64,000 nucleotides of DNA from Vulcanimicrobiota bacterium (GCA_050250895.1 JBFWNU010000002.1:128001-192000), one strand, 5' to 3'; numbered from the stretch's first letter, positions 48,926 to 58,788 are shown. Translations and numbers: made by a program. The notes: generated by a model not told the origin, from the sequence alone.

Positions 48926-50074
48926 CTAGAGGGCAGTTCTTGATGGGTTTAGAGGCAGGTGGCACTCGATTCGCGTGCCATCGCCGAGACCCGACCGTAG
49001 TTGGAAAGTGCCGCCGCAGGCCTGACAGCGCTCGCGCATACCGACAAGTCCGAGGCCTCCAGCAGTCAGGCCGGGTTCAAAACCGACCCCGTCGTCTTCG
49101 ACGGCGAGATAAAGACTTGCATGTTCGAGGCAGAGTTCGACCCGCACGGACTGGGCACAAGCGTGTTTGACCACGTTGGAAAGAGCTTCCTGGATGATCC
49201 GACAGGCGAAGTGGGCAGCGACCCCTTGCACCCGGTCGAGCTCACCCCGGATGCTCCATTCGACCTGCAATCCTTCCAAGGACGGTCTCTCTCGCAATTC
49301 GACCAGGCGAAGGGCCAGGTTTTGGCTGCCTGCTAGCAGTCCGGCTCGAAGGCGAGCCATGGTAGAATTGAGCTCGCGACTCATGGCTTGAACCAACCGC
49401 ATGCAGCGTTTGAGAAGTTCAGGTGACGGCCTGGCCTGGTGCTCTCCGGCTTGGAGGTGGACCCACAAGGTGGCCAGATCCTGGGCTAGTCCGTCGTGAA
49501 GTTCGCTGCAGAGCAAGCGTCGCTCGGTGGCCCGCAACTGCTCGAGTTGCTCGCGAGGCGAGGCCGTCGGGTCGAACGAGCCCTCGAAGGCGGCGGCCAG
49601 TTCGGCTTGGGACGGACTCTCCGACAGGATTGGCACCGCGGCTCGGGGTCGTACCAAGAACTCTTCCCCGGCCAGACCTCGAGCCACAGCCTCTTCGGGA
49701 ACGATCTCGAGTTGCTCGAAGAGGTTCATGAAGTCGAAGTAGTTCTGGGATTCGAGGATCTTGCCGTCGCGATAGGTGCCCCAGGAGGAGCCCGGCCAGA
49801 AGATGGCCTTGTCCTTGGTGCGATGTCGAGCCCGGGCTAACCAGCGAATCGAGAGTTGCTCGCCTTGAGCCATCCAGTCGGTGATCTCGACATCGAAGTC
49901 TTTGAGAAACGCGTTGATCGACTCATAGAAAGAGAGATAGCCCTGGGGGTCGATCGCTTCCGTCAGCAAGCCCTCGGCCTGACCATCGAACATTGTGAAA
50001 ATCAGGTCTTTCTCTTCGTTCTCCCAAACCCGCTCGAAAAATTCGACAGCAGTCTCGATGCTTGGCTTACCCAT
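48926..50074 (-). CDS. SnoaL-HisKA_3 histidine kinase
   Basis: FFERVWE.., ELHDGLAQ, EALSNVVKHA, DDGVGF and GLGLVGMRER. Confidence 0.88.
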   Translation of the reverse strand: MGKPSIETAVEFFERVWENEEKDLIFTMFDGQAEGLLTEAIDPQGYLSFYESINAFLKDFDVEITDWMAQGEQLSIRWLARARHRTKDKAIFWPGSSWGTYRDGKILESQNYFDFMNLFEQLEIVPEEAVARGLAGEEFLVRPRAAVPILSESPSQAELAAAFEGSFDPTASPREQLEQLRATERRLLCSELHDGLAQDLATLWVHLQAGEHQARPSPELLKRCMRLVQAMSRELNSTMARLRAGLLAGSQNLALRLVELRERPSLEGLQVEWSIRGELDRVQGVAAHFACRIIQEALSNVVKHACAQSVRVELCLEHASLYLAVEDDGVGFEPGLTAGGLGLVGMRERCQACGGTFQLRSGLGDGTRIECHLPLNPSRTAL

Positions 50075-50200
50075 CACAGTACCTTCTTGTTCTGCCCGCC
50101 TATTCCTGGACGCGCTTATCCCGCCAGGGCTCGATACGAGCCTGAGGATGGCCAGTTGGGTGAAGCGAGTCACCCTTTTCTTGAACCCGGTCGCGGGTCC

Positions 50201-50415
50201 GACCGAATAACAACACGCCGTGAGGCTCTGGTCGCGTTGGGAAAGGCGGCTCTACTGCCGGTAGTGGCCAGTGCCGTCGTGCCCATGCCTGGGGCGGCCG
50301 CTTCGGTGGGCGTATTCGAGTGTCAACGGGGTGGCCGGTAGTTGTGGGCAGACCTGCAAGCCGAATCCGGGCGACCCTGATTTTGGTGAAATCAGAGTGT
50401 GTGGCTCTTTGTGGC
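50201..50415 (+). pseudogene. Degenerate third precursor-type gene
   Basis: TRREALVALGKAALLPVVASAVVPMPGAAAS, then a frameshift into a Cys-containing tail (GSCGQTCKP..VCG); no RRE. Confidence 0.55.
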
Positions 50416-50477
50416 CAACGGCCCCTGCGGCTACATTACGCAGGCTGCCTCACCCGTCTGTCCGTGCACCTGAGAGA

Positions 50478-51107
50478 CTAGGCGCCAGAGAATCCCCTGG
50501 CAGTGGCTTCTACGGCCAGGGTGGTGCGGTCAGAAACCCCGAATTTACTGAAGAGGCTGTTGAGGTGCACTTTGATTCGGCTGACCGACAAGTGTAGCTT
50601 GCCGGCAATCGCCGTGTTGCTGTCGCCATCTACCACCAGGCGCAAAACGCTCTGCTCGCGCTCGGTGAGCCGGGGCACGTCCGAAGCCTCTGGCCGACGC
50701 AGCGATTGCAGCAGGGGGGCGGCGATCTGGCCGCAGAAATAGGTGCCACCGCGGGCCGCGGCCTGGATGGCGGTAACCAGTTCCTCACGTCCGATCGTCT
50801 TGAGCACGTAGCCGCTGGCCCCCGCCCGGAGTGCGGCTCGCACCTTCTCGGGTTCGTCGTGCATGCTGAGAATGAGGACCGGGAGCCCACGGTGGCGCGA
50901 CACAATCTGCTCGGTCAGTTCGACCCCACAGCCTCGACCCAGCGACAGGTCGACCAGAGCCACATCGCAAGCGGTGTCCGCCAGCATCTGCATGGCGCTG
51001 GCGGCATCGCTCGCTTCACCCACGACCTGCACTGCATGATCTGCCTCGAGCAGGGCGCGCAGGCCATCCCGAAATAGTTGGTGGTCATCCACAAGTACGA
51101 CTCTCAC
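50478..51107 (-). CDS. NarL/LuxR-family response regulator
   Basis: LVDDH, VDLSL, GYVLK and LTERE HTH. Confidence 0.93.
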   Translation of the reverse strand: MRVVLVDDHQLFRDGLRALLEADHAVQVVGEASDAASAMQMLADTACDVALVDLSLGRGCGVELTEQIVSRHRGLPVLILSMHDEPEKVRAALRAGASGYVLKTIGREELVTAIQAAARGGTYFCGQIAAPLLQSLRRPEASDVPRLTEREQSVLRLVVDGDSNTAIAGKLHLSVSRIKVHLNSLFSKFGVSDRTTLAVEATARGFSGA

Positions 51108-51224
51108 GGAGCGCCGAAATTCTTCGATGGGTAGGTACCGACCTGCAAATACGGCCAAATGGGTCGCGCTCGGGTGGCCAGTTGGACACGGGAATCAACC
51201 AGGTCGGTTCCCAAGTGGAGGGTC

Positions 51225-51818
51225 ATGACCGTCCTATTATTGGTCGAGCGCGGGCTCTTCGCTGAGGGGGTTGGTTGCCTGCTGTCGCACGGTTCGGACT
51301 GGCAAATACAGATGGTTTTTGAACTCGAGCCCGCCCTCGACTTGCTCGACCACAGCCAGGTCGTGCTATACGGTCTGGCTCTTGAGCACCTGAGTTCTCT
51401 CTGCCAGGCCAGCCGGACGCCGGTGCTGGTGGTTGCCGACGATCCTGGCGAGCAAGCGGTGAAGGCAGCGTTCGGAGTCGGGGCCAGCGGTTTCATCTCT
51501 AAGAACGTGGCCGGAGAGCAATTGCTGGCGGCCATCGAGGCGGTGGCCGCCGGAGGAATCTATGTCGGCCCGAAGGCTGCGCCCTCCATCCTGGCCAACC
51601 TGCGCCGCTTCGAAGGCGCCAGCCCCGTGCCGGTCAGTCCTCGTGAACAGCAACTGCTGGATCTGCTCTGCGGAGAAAGCCTCACCAACAGGCAGCTGGC
51701 GGCCCGTCTGGGCTTGTCTGCCAGCACCATCAAGACGCAGCTCAAGTCACTCTTCAACAAATACGGGGTGGGTGACCGGACGAGCCTCGTCCTCAAGGCC
51801 ACAGGCCGCAAGCGATGA
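51225..51818 (+). CDS. Atypical NarL-family regulator (degenerate receiver)
   Basis: GFISK and SPRE..HTH present; the acidic pocket reads VER and the phospho-Asp position reads VVLYG. Confidence 0.8.
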   Translation: MTVLLLVERGLFAEGVGCLLSHGSDWQIQMVFELEPALDLLDHSQVVLYGLALEHLSSLCQASRTPVLVVADDPGEQAVKAAFGVGASGFISKNVAGEQLLAAIEAVAAGGIYVGPKAAPSILANLRRFEGASPVPVSPREQQLLDLLCGESLTNRQLAARLGLSASTIKTQLKSLFNKYGVGDRTSLVLKATGRKR

Positions 51819-51849
51819 CGAGCCATCGTCTGGCCTCCGGGGGGTGCGA

Positions 51850-52203
51850 TGGCGACTTCATCGGTTCGGGTGACTTCACCACCAACTCCACTCTGACTCC
51901 GCCGTTCTCGAATCCGTTTTCTGTAGTGGTTGGAAATCTCCACGGTGATATGATGCCGACCCTTGCTACCGCCTGCGGCTTCGGGCCAGGCGTGGTCGTG
52001 CACACCAACGATGGCAGTGGCGCCTTTACCCGGGCAAGCACCACCGCTACCGCATTGGTTCCCGCGGGAGCTCGCTCGGCGAGCTGGACGGAGATACGGA
52101 CCCGGACCTGGCCGTAACTGGCAATTTCTTCGATGAGATCGCGTTGTACTACAATCAGGGCGACGCGACCTCGAATTTTCAGCTCAATCGCGCCTGCCCC
52201 TAG
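51850..52203 (+). pseudogene. Frameshifted FG-GAP/VCBS repeat fragment
   Basis: PFSVVVGNLHGD..NDGSGAF in one frame; ELDGDTDPDLAV..YYNQG in another. Confidence 0.6.
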
Positions 52204-52236
52204 AGGGGTTCTCGACTACCCCTAGAAGAGCGCAGG

Positions 52237-53214
52237 ATGGGGGATGGAGTGGGGTGGTGCCAGCAGCGCCTGCTGGCGCTGTGGGCCGATTTTCTAGCCA
52301 CCCGGGGGCGCAATTCGCAGGGCGGCGCGTGCGCGTCGTTCCTGCAGTTCTACGACGCCCTGGACGCCGCCATCGAAATCCGGCAACTCGATCCGGTCGA
52401 GACCATGGCCAACGGAGACGATCTCTTCGGCTATTGTCGACTGCAGGGTACGACCCGCCAGAGTGGGCGGGCCGTCGACTGGCGCTACGCGGTGCGGGTG
52501 CGCTGGCGTGACGGAAAGATCGTAGCGGGCCATCACTTCGCCGACTATTTGGCCCTCTTTCGCCAACTCGGAGTGGTCCCCGATGACCCCCGGGCCCCGG
52601 GTCGTTCGGGCGAGTTGATGTGGCCCGACCCGGTCCACGAGGCGCTGCACCGACACGAGGAAGAGCGAGCCAGTTTAGCCCGCGATATCCACGATGGAGT
52701 GGCTCAGGATGCAGCCGCTCTGTGGGCTTTTCTGTCACTGGAAGAGGCTCCGAACCACCGCCTGCGTGAGGCGGCTGACAGGATGCGTCTCGAGGCGCAA
52801 CGACTCAACGAGCACCTCAGCAACCCTCTGGAGCTGGGACAGAGCCTGGCCGAGGCGCTGACAGCGCTGGCTAGCCGGCACGCGCTCGAGAGCGACCTTT
52901 ATCTCGACCTGGACATCGCCTGTGACCTGGCAGGTAGCCTTCGAGCGGTTGTCTATCGTGTGGTTCAGGAGGCCGTGCAAAATGTGGCCCGCCATGCCGG
53001 TGTGAATACGGTCAGGGTGGTCTTGTACGAGCGCGCTGGCAGGCTGGTCGGGCAGGTGGTGGACCAGGGTAGGGGAGTGGGTTCGAGGCCGCCCGGTTTC
53101 GGAATCGCTGGCATGCTCGAACGGTGTCGTCTGGCCGGAGGGACCTGTGAGGTTCAGGCCACCCCCGGCGGGGGGACCACCGTTCACTTCGAGTTGCCGC
53201 TGGAGGTTCGATGA
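52237..53214 (+). CDS. SnoaL-HisKA_3 histidine kinase (N-terminus possibly damaged)
   Basis: RWRDGKIV..DYLALFRQLG, DIHDGVAQ, EAVQNV and DQGRG. Confidence 0.8.
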   Translation: MGDGVGWCQQRLLALWADFLATRGRNSQGGACASFLQFYDALDAAIEIRQLDPVETMANGDDLFGYCRLQGTTRQSGRAVDWRYAVRVRWRDGKIVAGHHFADYLALFRQLGVVPDDPRAPGRSGELMWPDPVHEALHRHEEERASLARDIHDGVAQDAAALWAFLSLEEAPNHRLREAADRMRLEAQRLNEHLSNPLELGQSLAEALTALASRHALESDLYLDLDIACDLAGSLRAVVYRVVQEAVQNVARHAGVNTVRVVLYERAGRLVGQVVDQGRGVGSRPPGFGIAGMLERCRLAGGTCEVQATPGGGTTVHFELPLEVR

Positions 53215-54647
53215 AGAAGGACCCCATCCAGCTGCAAGCGGCTTTCTTCGAAGAAGTCTATGAGAAGCGCAACGTCGATGCGGTCTTTCGCTACTTCGAG
53301 GGCACCGCCGACGGCCTGGGTGTGGCCGAACCGCTGGATCCAGTGGCCTACCTAGACTTCTACAACGCCCTGACTTCGGTGGTCAAAGACATCCGCTTCG
53401 ACATCCTCGACTTTCAGCAGCAAGACGGGCGCCTGTTCGTCGACTTCGTCATGAAGGCTCGCTCCCGCCTCAAGGACGGAGCGGTGTTCTGGCGCTGCGC
53501 TGGCTGGGCCCACTATCGCGAGGGTAAGATGTCCCAGGCTCGAAATTTCCTGGACTTCGTGGACCTCTTCCGTCAGGTCGGGCTGGTGCCAGAGCAGGCC
53601 GTCGAGTTAGGATTGGCCGGGCACGAGATTCTGACAACCTCAGAGCTTGACCAGGCCACCCCGCCCGAGGTTCGGCGTCTTTTCTGGCCGAATTTTCGAG
53701 CCGGGGTGGCCCAGGGCTATCTTCCCTCGGAAGAAGAATTCGAGGTTCTGCTGCAATCGGCCACCGGGGGCGTGGTGGTGAGCGACGGCGACCAGACGAT
53801 CTTGGAGGTCAATCAAGCTTTAGCCAATCTGCTGGCCACCGATCCGACTCAACTGAGCGGACATCGCTTTTCGTCGCTGGTGGCGGGCAAAGGCAGAGAA
53901 GCCGAGGCCAGAGCCGCGGCGGCGGTGCTGTCCGGCCAACAGTCGAGCTACCGATTGCAACTGCAGCTTCAGGCCGGCCAGTCGCCCCGGGTGAAGGCCT
54001 GGGTGTCGGCGCTGCGAGGCCAACGTGACGGCCGCCCTGTCTTGCTGCGCTCGGTCCAGGCCAGCGATCTTCTCGACCACCTGGCCGCCCTTCAAGAAAC
54101 CGAGCGCCAGTTGTTGCTTACCGAGCTTCACAGCGACATAATCGAGCCGGTCCTCGACCTGTGGCGCAAGCTTCGGCCACAGGCCGCCGTCGACCCGAGG
54201 CTGCGCCAGCACTGCCTTGAACTGGTCGGTCGCCTGGCCGGCGAACTGCGGGCCAAAGTGGCCGCCCTGCGAAACCCCATCCTCGAGGGCGTTCCTCTCT
54301 CGCAGGCCTGGCCCGAGCAGCCTTTAGACCCGGCTCTTGACCAGGTCGCCCCAACCTGCGCCCTGATAGCCTATCGCCTGGTGGACGACTGCCTGACGCA
54401 CCTGGACGCCAGTCTCCCTTTCGAATTGGGACTCGAGGCAGGGCGGTTGCACGGTCGCCTGCGGCTGGGCCCGAACCCACCAGCCGAGCGCCTGCAAGCC
54501 ATGACTGATCGATGCGCCCTGGTCGGAGGCACTCTTTCCCTCGAAGAAACCGCGCTGAGCTTCGAGTTGCCCGTTACTTCCATCGCAAGTCGCAGACCAC
54601 GGCCCGGTGGTCCGTGCCCTCCACCGAGACTGTCCGCAGGTCGGTAG
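53211..54647 (+). CDS. SnoaL-PAS protein with degenerate kinase core (probable pseudokinase)
   Basis: FFEEVYE.., PAS and ELHSDII; no N-box Asn or DxGxG. Confidence 0.75.
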   Translation: MKKDPIQLQAAFFEEVYEKRNVDAVFRYFEGTADGLGVAEPLDPVAYLDFYNALTSVVKDIRFDILDFQQQDGRLFVDFVMKARSRLKDGAVFWRCAGWAHYREGKMSQARNFLDFVDLFRQVGLVPEQAVELGLAGHEILTTSELDQATPPEVRRLFWPNFRAGVAQGYLPSEEEFEVLLQSATGGVVVSDGDQTILEVNQALANLLATDPTQLSGHRFSSLVAGKGREAEARAAAAVLSGQQSSYRLQLQLQAGQSPRVKAWVSALRGQRDGRPVLLRSVQASDLLDHLAALQETERQLLLTELHSDIIEPVLDLWRKLRPQAAVDPRLRQHCLELVGRLAGELRAKVAALRNPILEGVPLSQAWPEQPLDPALDQVAPTCALIAYRLVDDCLTHLDASLPFELGLEAGRLHGRLRLGPNPPAERLQAMTDRCALVGGTLSLEETALSFELPVTSIASRRPRPGGPCPPPRLSAGR

Positions 54648-55479
54648 CCTCGAGCCGCTGCCCCAGCCAGACCTGATCGAAGCGATAGAGCGGCAAATCG
54701 TCGCTCACCGTGTTGGGCCAACCGTGTCCGGCCTGGCCATAGGCATCCCGAAGGGGAGCCATCAGCTTGAACACGCGATCGTGGGCGGGCGAGTTGAAGT
54801 CGCCCGCTACCAGGTCCGCCTCGAAACCGCTCATCAGGCCGCTCACCACCTCGGTCCGTTCCCGGCGGGCCGCGCGATGGTCGGCCCAATAGCTCGGCCT
54901 CCAGGGATCAAAGCGAACAATGGGCGGGCGCAGTCGCAGGCTGGCAAGCTCCAGGGGGCCAGCAGGCAAGAGCAGGCGGGCCCGGTGGACATGCACCTGC
55001 TGGGTCGAGGGCAAGTCCACCGTCTCGAGGGCAAAGCGTGAGGCGATGGAGGCCTCCGGGCCCCAGCTCACATGGGCTGGCTGCCACAGTCTTTCCAGCG
55101 CTTGGGCCAACTCTTCGCGCCGGGGCGACTCTTGCAGCAAGACGACATCGGGCTTGAGTTCGGCCAGTCGCTCGATCACCGCGGCCCGACTGCTGCAGTT
55201 GAGCGACACCACCCGCAGTTCACCGTCCTCTCCGCCTCGGCCGAACAGGGCTCGGCCTTCTTCGGGAATCACCAGCCCAAAGAGCAGCCAGCCCGCCAGC
55301 AAGGCCAGGCCCAGACGCCGCTCCAGCCACAGCGCCAAGCCCGTCCACAGCAGGCCGGGGATCAACCACACCCAGGGTGGCACGAACGTAAAGCCAGCGG
55401 CCCAGTCGGGAACGGACAGGTAGAGCCCGAAGCACGTCACCAGGCCCGCGAACCCCAGTCCGGCGACCCAACGCGCCAT
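54574..55479 (-). CDS. Membrane-bound endonuclease/exonuclease/phosphatase (EEP)
   Basis: SLN, LQE, GDFN, D and TDH motifs; N-terminal TMs. Confidence 0.88.
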   Translation of the reverse strand: MARWVAGLGFAGLVTCFGLYLSVPDWAAGFTFVPPWVWLIPGLLWTGLALWLERRLGLALLAGWLLFGLVIPEEGRALFGRGGEDGELRVVSLNCSSRAAVIERLAELKPDVVLLQESPRREELAQALERLWQPAHVSWGPEASIASRFALETVDLPSTQQVHVHRARLLLPAGPLELASLRLRPPIVRFDPWRPSYWADHRAARRERTEVVSGLMSGFEADLVAGDFNSPAHDRVFKLMAPLRDAYGQAGHGWPNTVSDDLPLYRFDQVWLGQRLEATDLRTVSVEGTDHRAVVCDLRWK

Positions 55480-56187
55480 CTAACGCAACTTGCTTCCCAC
55501 CAGCACCAACAGGCAGACCATCGAGATGACCGCCAGGATCATCTGCCAGGGAGCCTCCGACGCCGGTGGTTCGAGCGGCAGTCGGTCCTGGTCGAAGCCT
55601 CCCTGACGGGAGTCGTAGCGAGGATGAAGGGGAGCCTCGCCCTCGGCCATGTGGGCCGACGACCCACACTCGATCAAGACGCTGCCGTCGTCGCGGGGGA
55701 CGATCAGATAGGGGATGCCGCAGCACTTCGCCGAGGCAGTCTGCTCAATGGGCGGCCGCTTTTCGTTCGGCTGCATGACCTCGACCGAAAGCTCTTTCAT
55801 CGTGCTCTGGCACTGCTCGAGGTTCTCGGTCGCCTCGGGCTGCTCTACCAACCCGGCCATGGCATTGTAGGCCGGATAATTGCGAGGATGGCCCGGGTGC
55901 GTTCCGCTCAGGCAACAAAATCCGTAGCGATGGGGGTCGGTGGCCACTCGATAGGAGAGGCTATAGCTGTCGAGTCCGCTGGAAGGACAGGTGGGGATGG
56001 AGCGCAGGTAGTTGGGAGTCAGCGTCGCCAGAGAGTTGGGATAGGCCCCGTGAAAGTCGGTCGAATACATTTCCAGCGCGGTCGCAATGTTCTTGAGATT
56101 CGATTTGCAGGCCGTGGTGTCGCCTTCGGGGGTGGCCTGGGCCAGGCAGGTCAAAGCGAGCAGAAGCAAAGCGCACAGACGGAGCAT
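55480..56187 (-). CDS. Exported protein with GspG/pseudopilin-like head domain and C-terminal TM
   Basis: ACKSNLKNIATALEMYSTD..G.YP..L..L.PNYL..IPTCP. Confidence 0.7.
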   Translation of the reverse strand: MLRLCALLLLALTCLAQATPEGDTTACKSNLKNIATALEMYSTDFHGAYPNSLATLTPNYLRSIPTCPSSGLDSYSLSYRVATDPHRYGFCCLSGTHPGHPRNYPAYNAMAGLVEQPEATENLEQCQSTMKELSVEVMQPNEKRPPIEQTASAKCCGIPYLIVPRDDGSVLIECGSSAHMAEGEAPLHPRYDSRQGGFDQDRLPLEPPASEAPWQMILAVISMVCLLVLVGSKLR

Positions 56188-56212
56188 CGTTCGATTCTAG
56201 CTCATTTTCGGC

Positions 56213-57028
56213 CTAACGACCAGCGGCCTGCTGGCGAGCCCGAATCGCCGCGAGATAGGCTTTCAACTCTTCGGGGCCGGCTGTGCGCAAGGGCCCGTGC
56301 GGGCCGGCGGGCTGGGCCCGGCGTAGAATGTCCAATGCCTGTGGGTCGGGAATCGCCCCGAGGGGACGAATGTTGGCTGCGTCCTGCCCGTGGCAGCTCA
56401 GGCAGTCACCGGCATAAACGTCGGGCTTGCCGTCTATGGGCTCACCCCCGGCCACATAATAGGCCTTGACCGCTTCGGCCACACTGGCCGACACCAACTC
56501 GCCCCGCCCCATCAGTTCGGTCAATTCCTGAGCGTCGGCCGCGGTTGTCAGTTTCAGTCGGTCGTGAAGGTGATCCAGGGGAACTCCGGTCAAGGCCGAC
56601 AGATCGAGCAGCGTCAAGCCGGGCTGTTGCCCCGAGCGCTGCACAGCCTGGGTGGGCCACACCAGGGGCGCCAACGCCATCACCATCAGCACGAGCAGCC
56701 CGACGACCCCCAGGAGCGGACGCAGGCCATCGCTTTCGCGACGACGTCCACGGACCACGGCCACGATCCACTTGCGATGCAAGACCAGGTGGACCACCAG
56801 CACCACCGCCAGCCCAATCGCCACCCAGTAATGCAGATTGCCCCACTGATGTCGATCAAGCCCCCAGAGCAACCAGATGCTGCGCTCGGGGTGGGCCGAA
56901 GGGTCCACCCCGAGCCGGCCGCTGCCTGGAGGCAAAGACCAGCGCAGAACCAGACCCGTGGCGCTCAAGCCCACGAAGAGAAACAGGGCCAGCAGGTCGA
57001 CGAGGGGGTTGGCGTTTTCCTTCTTCAT
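56213..57028 (-). CDS. DUF4405 membrane protein with C-terminal c-type heme motif
   Basis: W..LH...HL.LH; CLSCH. Confidence 0.8.
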   Translation of the reverse strand: MKKENANPLVDLLALFLFVGLSATGLVLRWSLPPGSGRLGVDPSAHPERSIWLLWGLDRHQWGNLHYWVAIGLAVVLVVHLVLHRKWIVAVVRGRRRESDGLRPLLGVVGLLVLMVMALAPLVWPTQAVQRSGQQPGLTLLDLSALTGVPLDHLHDRLKLTTAADAQELTELMGRGELVSASVAEAVKAYYVAGGEPIDGKPDVYAGDCLSCHGQDAANIRPLGAIPDPQALDILRRAQPAGPHGPLRTAGPEELKAYLAAIRARQQAAGR

Positions 57029-57104
57029 GCGCCCAGGCTAGGACTGGCCCCTGAACAAAGGCTGAAACAGGAAGGCTCTAGCGGCCGGTGAAGTGGAGCT
57101 GACC

Positions 57105-58106
57105 ATGAATGCCTGGGGTATCCACTCATACGGAGGACCCGAGAAGCTCGAGTTGCTCGAGGTTCCCGAGCCGGCTTGTCGCCCGAACGAGCTGCTCATC
57201 GCCATCCAGGCCGCCAGCCTCAATCCCCTCGATTGGAAGCTGCGCGAAGGCATGCTGCGGCGCATCCGACCCACCCGCTTCCCCCTATTGCTGGGCAATG
57301 ACCTCTCGGGAACGGTCGAGCGGGTCGGCGACCAGGTCGAGGGCTTCGCGGTGGGCGACGAGGTCTTCGCTCGGGTGCCCAAGTCGAGCATCGGGACCCT
57401 GGCCGAGAAGATCGCCGTGCACTCTGCCGCGGTGGCCCATAAGCCAGGCAACCTCAGTCATCAACAGGCCGCCAGCATTCCCCTGGCCGGACTCACCGCC
57501 TGGCAAGCCCTGCACGATGTGGGCGAACTCCAGGCCGGTCAGAAGGTCCTCATCCAGGCCGGAGCCGGTGGGGTCGGTAGCCTGGCCATTCAGCTGGCCC
57601 ACCTGGCCGGGGCCGAGGTGGCCACCACCGCCAGCGCCGCCAAGCACGAGCTGGTGCGCTCGCTGGGAGCCGACCACGCCATCGACTATCGCAAAGAGGC
57701 TTTCGAGAAGCTGCTCCATGGCTATGACCTGGTGCTCGACACCCTCGGCGGCGAGACTTTGATTCGCTCCTTCGACATCCTCAAGCCCGGAGGCAAGGTC
57801 GTCTCCATCGCCGGGCCGCTGGATCCCTATACCGCCGAACAACTCCAGCTCAACGGGCTGCTGCGCCGGGCCATTCGCATCATGAGCTGGTCGGTGCGCC
57901 GGCGGGCCCGCCAAAAGGATTGCCACTACCGCTATCTGTTCATGCGGCCCGACGGCAAACAGCTGGCTCATCTGGGCGAGTTGTTGCGGGCGGGTCAGCT
58001 GCGACCGCTGGTGGATAAGGTCTATCCCTTCGCCCAGGTCAAGGAGGCCTTCGCCTACGCCGAGACCGGCCACGCTTCGGGCAAAGTGATCATCGAGATA
58101 GGTTAG
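57105..58106 (+). CDS. NADP-dependent oxidoreductase (MDR/Zn-ADH-like)
   Basis: ASLNPLD, AGAGGVG and GKVII. Confidence 0.93.
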   Translation: MNAWGIHSYGGPEKLELLEVPEPACRPNELLIAIQAASLNPLDWKLREGMLRRIRPTRFPLLLGNDLSGTVERVGDQVEGFAVGDEVFARVPKSSIGTLAEKIAVHSAAVAHKPGNLSHQQAASIPLAGLTAWQALHDVGELQAGQKVLIQAGAGGVGSLAIQLAHLAGAEVATTASAAKHELVRSLGADHAIDYRKEAFEKLLHGYDLVLDTLGGETLIRSFDILKPGGKVVSIAGPLDPYTAEQLQLNGLLRRAIRIMSWSVRRRARQKDCHYRYLFMRPDGKQLAHLGELLRAGQLRPLVDKVYPFAQVKEAFAYAETGHASGKVIIEIG

Positions 58107-58788
58107 CCGCCCGCTCGGGTCCGCTGGGATGGGTGGGATCCGCCTCGTCCCAACTGGCTACCATGGCGATGGCTCTGGCCGGGTCGAATCCCGCTTTCTT
58201 CATCAGGGCCAGCCCCACCCGGTCGGCCTCGAATTCCATCTCGCGCTGCACGGCCAGCTGCTGCTCTCTGGCGGCGAGGGCTCCCGGCAGCTCGCCCATC
58301 AGCCCGGCCATCATTTTCATCCCACGCAACTTCAAGGGGTCGCGAGCCAGGGTGTGAGCGATTTCGTGAGCCAGCACGAAGGCCAGCTCAGCGTCGCCAA
58401 GTTCCAGGGTCCCTTCACTCACGTAGAGGTGCCCGCCGAAGTTCGATTGGGCGTTGAGTTCTTCGCCTCTGATCAGGTGCACCTTCAGGTCGAGCGGCTC
58501 GTCGACCACCGCCAACAGCCGCGCCACGATGGCCCCGGCGCGGCTCTCGGGGGGCAACTCACCCAGGACCGCCTCTCGGCTCTGGAAAAATCGCAGCGTA
58601 TTCTCGCCCATGGCCGCGTCTTGCGAAGCCAGCAATTCGCGGCCGGTTTCACCGGCTTGTTCCCATACGTCTTCACCGGCAGCCCGCTGCAAGGCCTCGG
58701 CGCACTCTTGACGCGAGGCGTCGGCCGGCTTGCGACCGGGTGCCTTCAACCGTTCCAGCATCGAGTTGGTGAAGCCCACATAATCCAT
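58090..58788 (-). CDS. M48 family metallopeptidase
   Basis: LAHEIAH, EFEAD and THP..ER. Confidence 0.85.
   Translation of the reverse strand: MDYVGFTNSMLERLKAPGRKPADASRQECAEALQRAAGEDVWEQAGETGRELLASQDAAMGENTLRFFQSREAVLGELPPESRAGAIVARLLAVVDEPLDLKVHLIRGEELNAQSNFGGHLYVSEGTLELGDAELAFVLAHEIAHTLARDPLKLRGMKMMAGLMGELPGALAAREQQLAVQREMEFEADRVGLALMKKAGFDPARAIAMVASWDEADPTHPSGPERAANLSR

Noticed and set aside
55072-56469. 465-aa plus-strand ORF and similar long ones (29001-30323, 33756-34814, 6374-7441, 36102-36893)
   Set aside because: Antisense or alternate-frame shadows of well-supported genes in GC-rich DNA.
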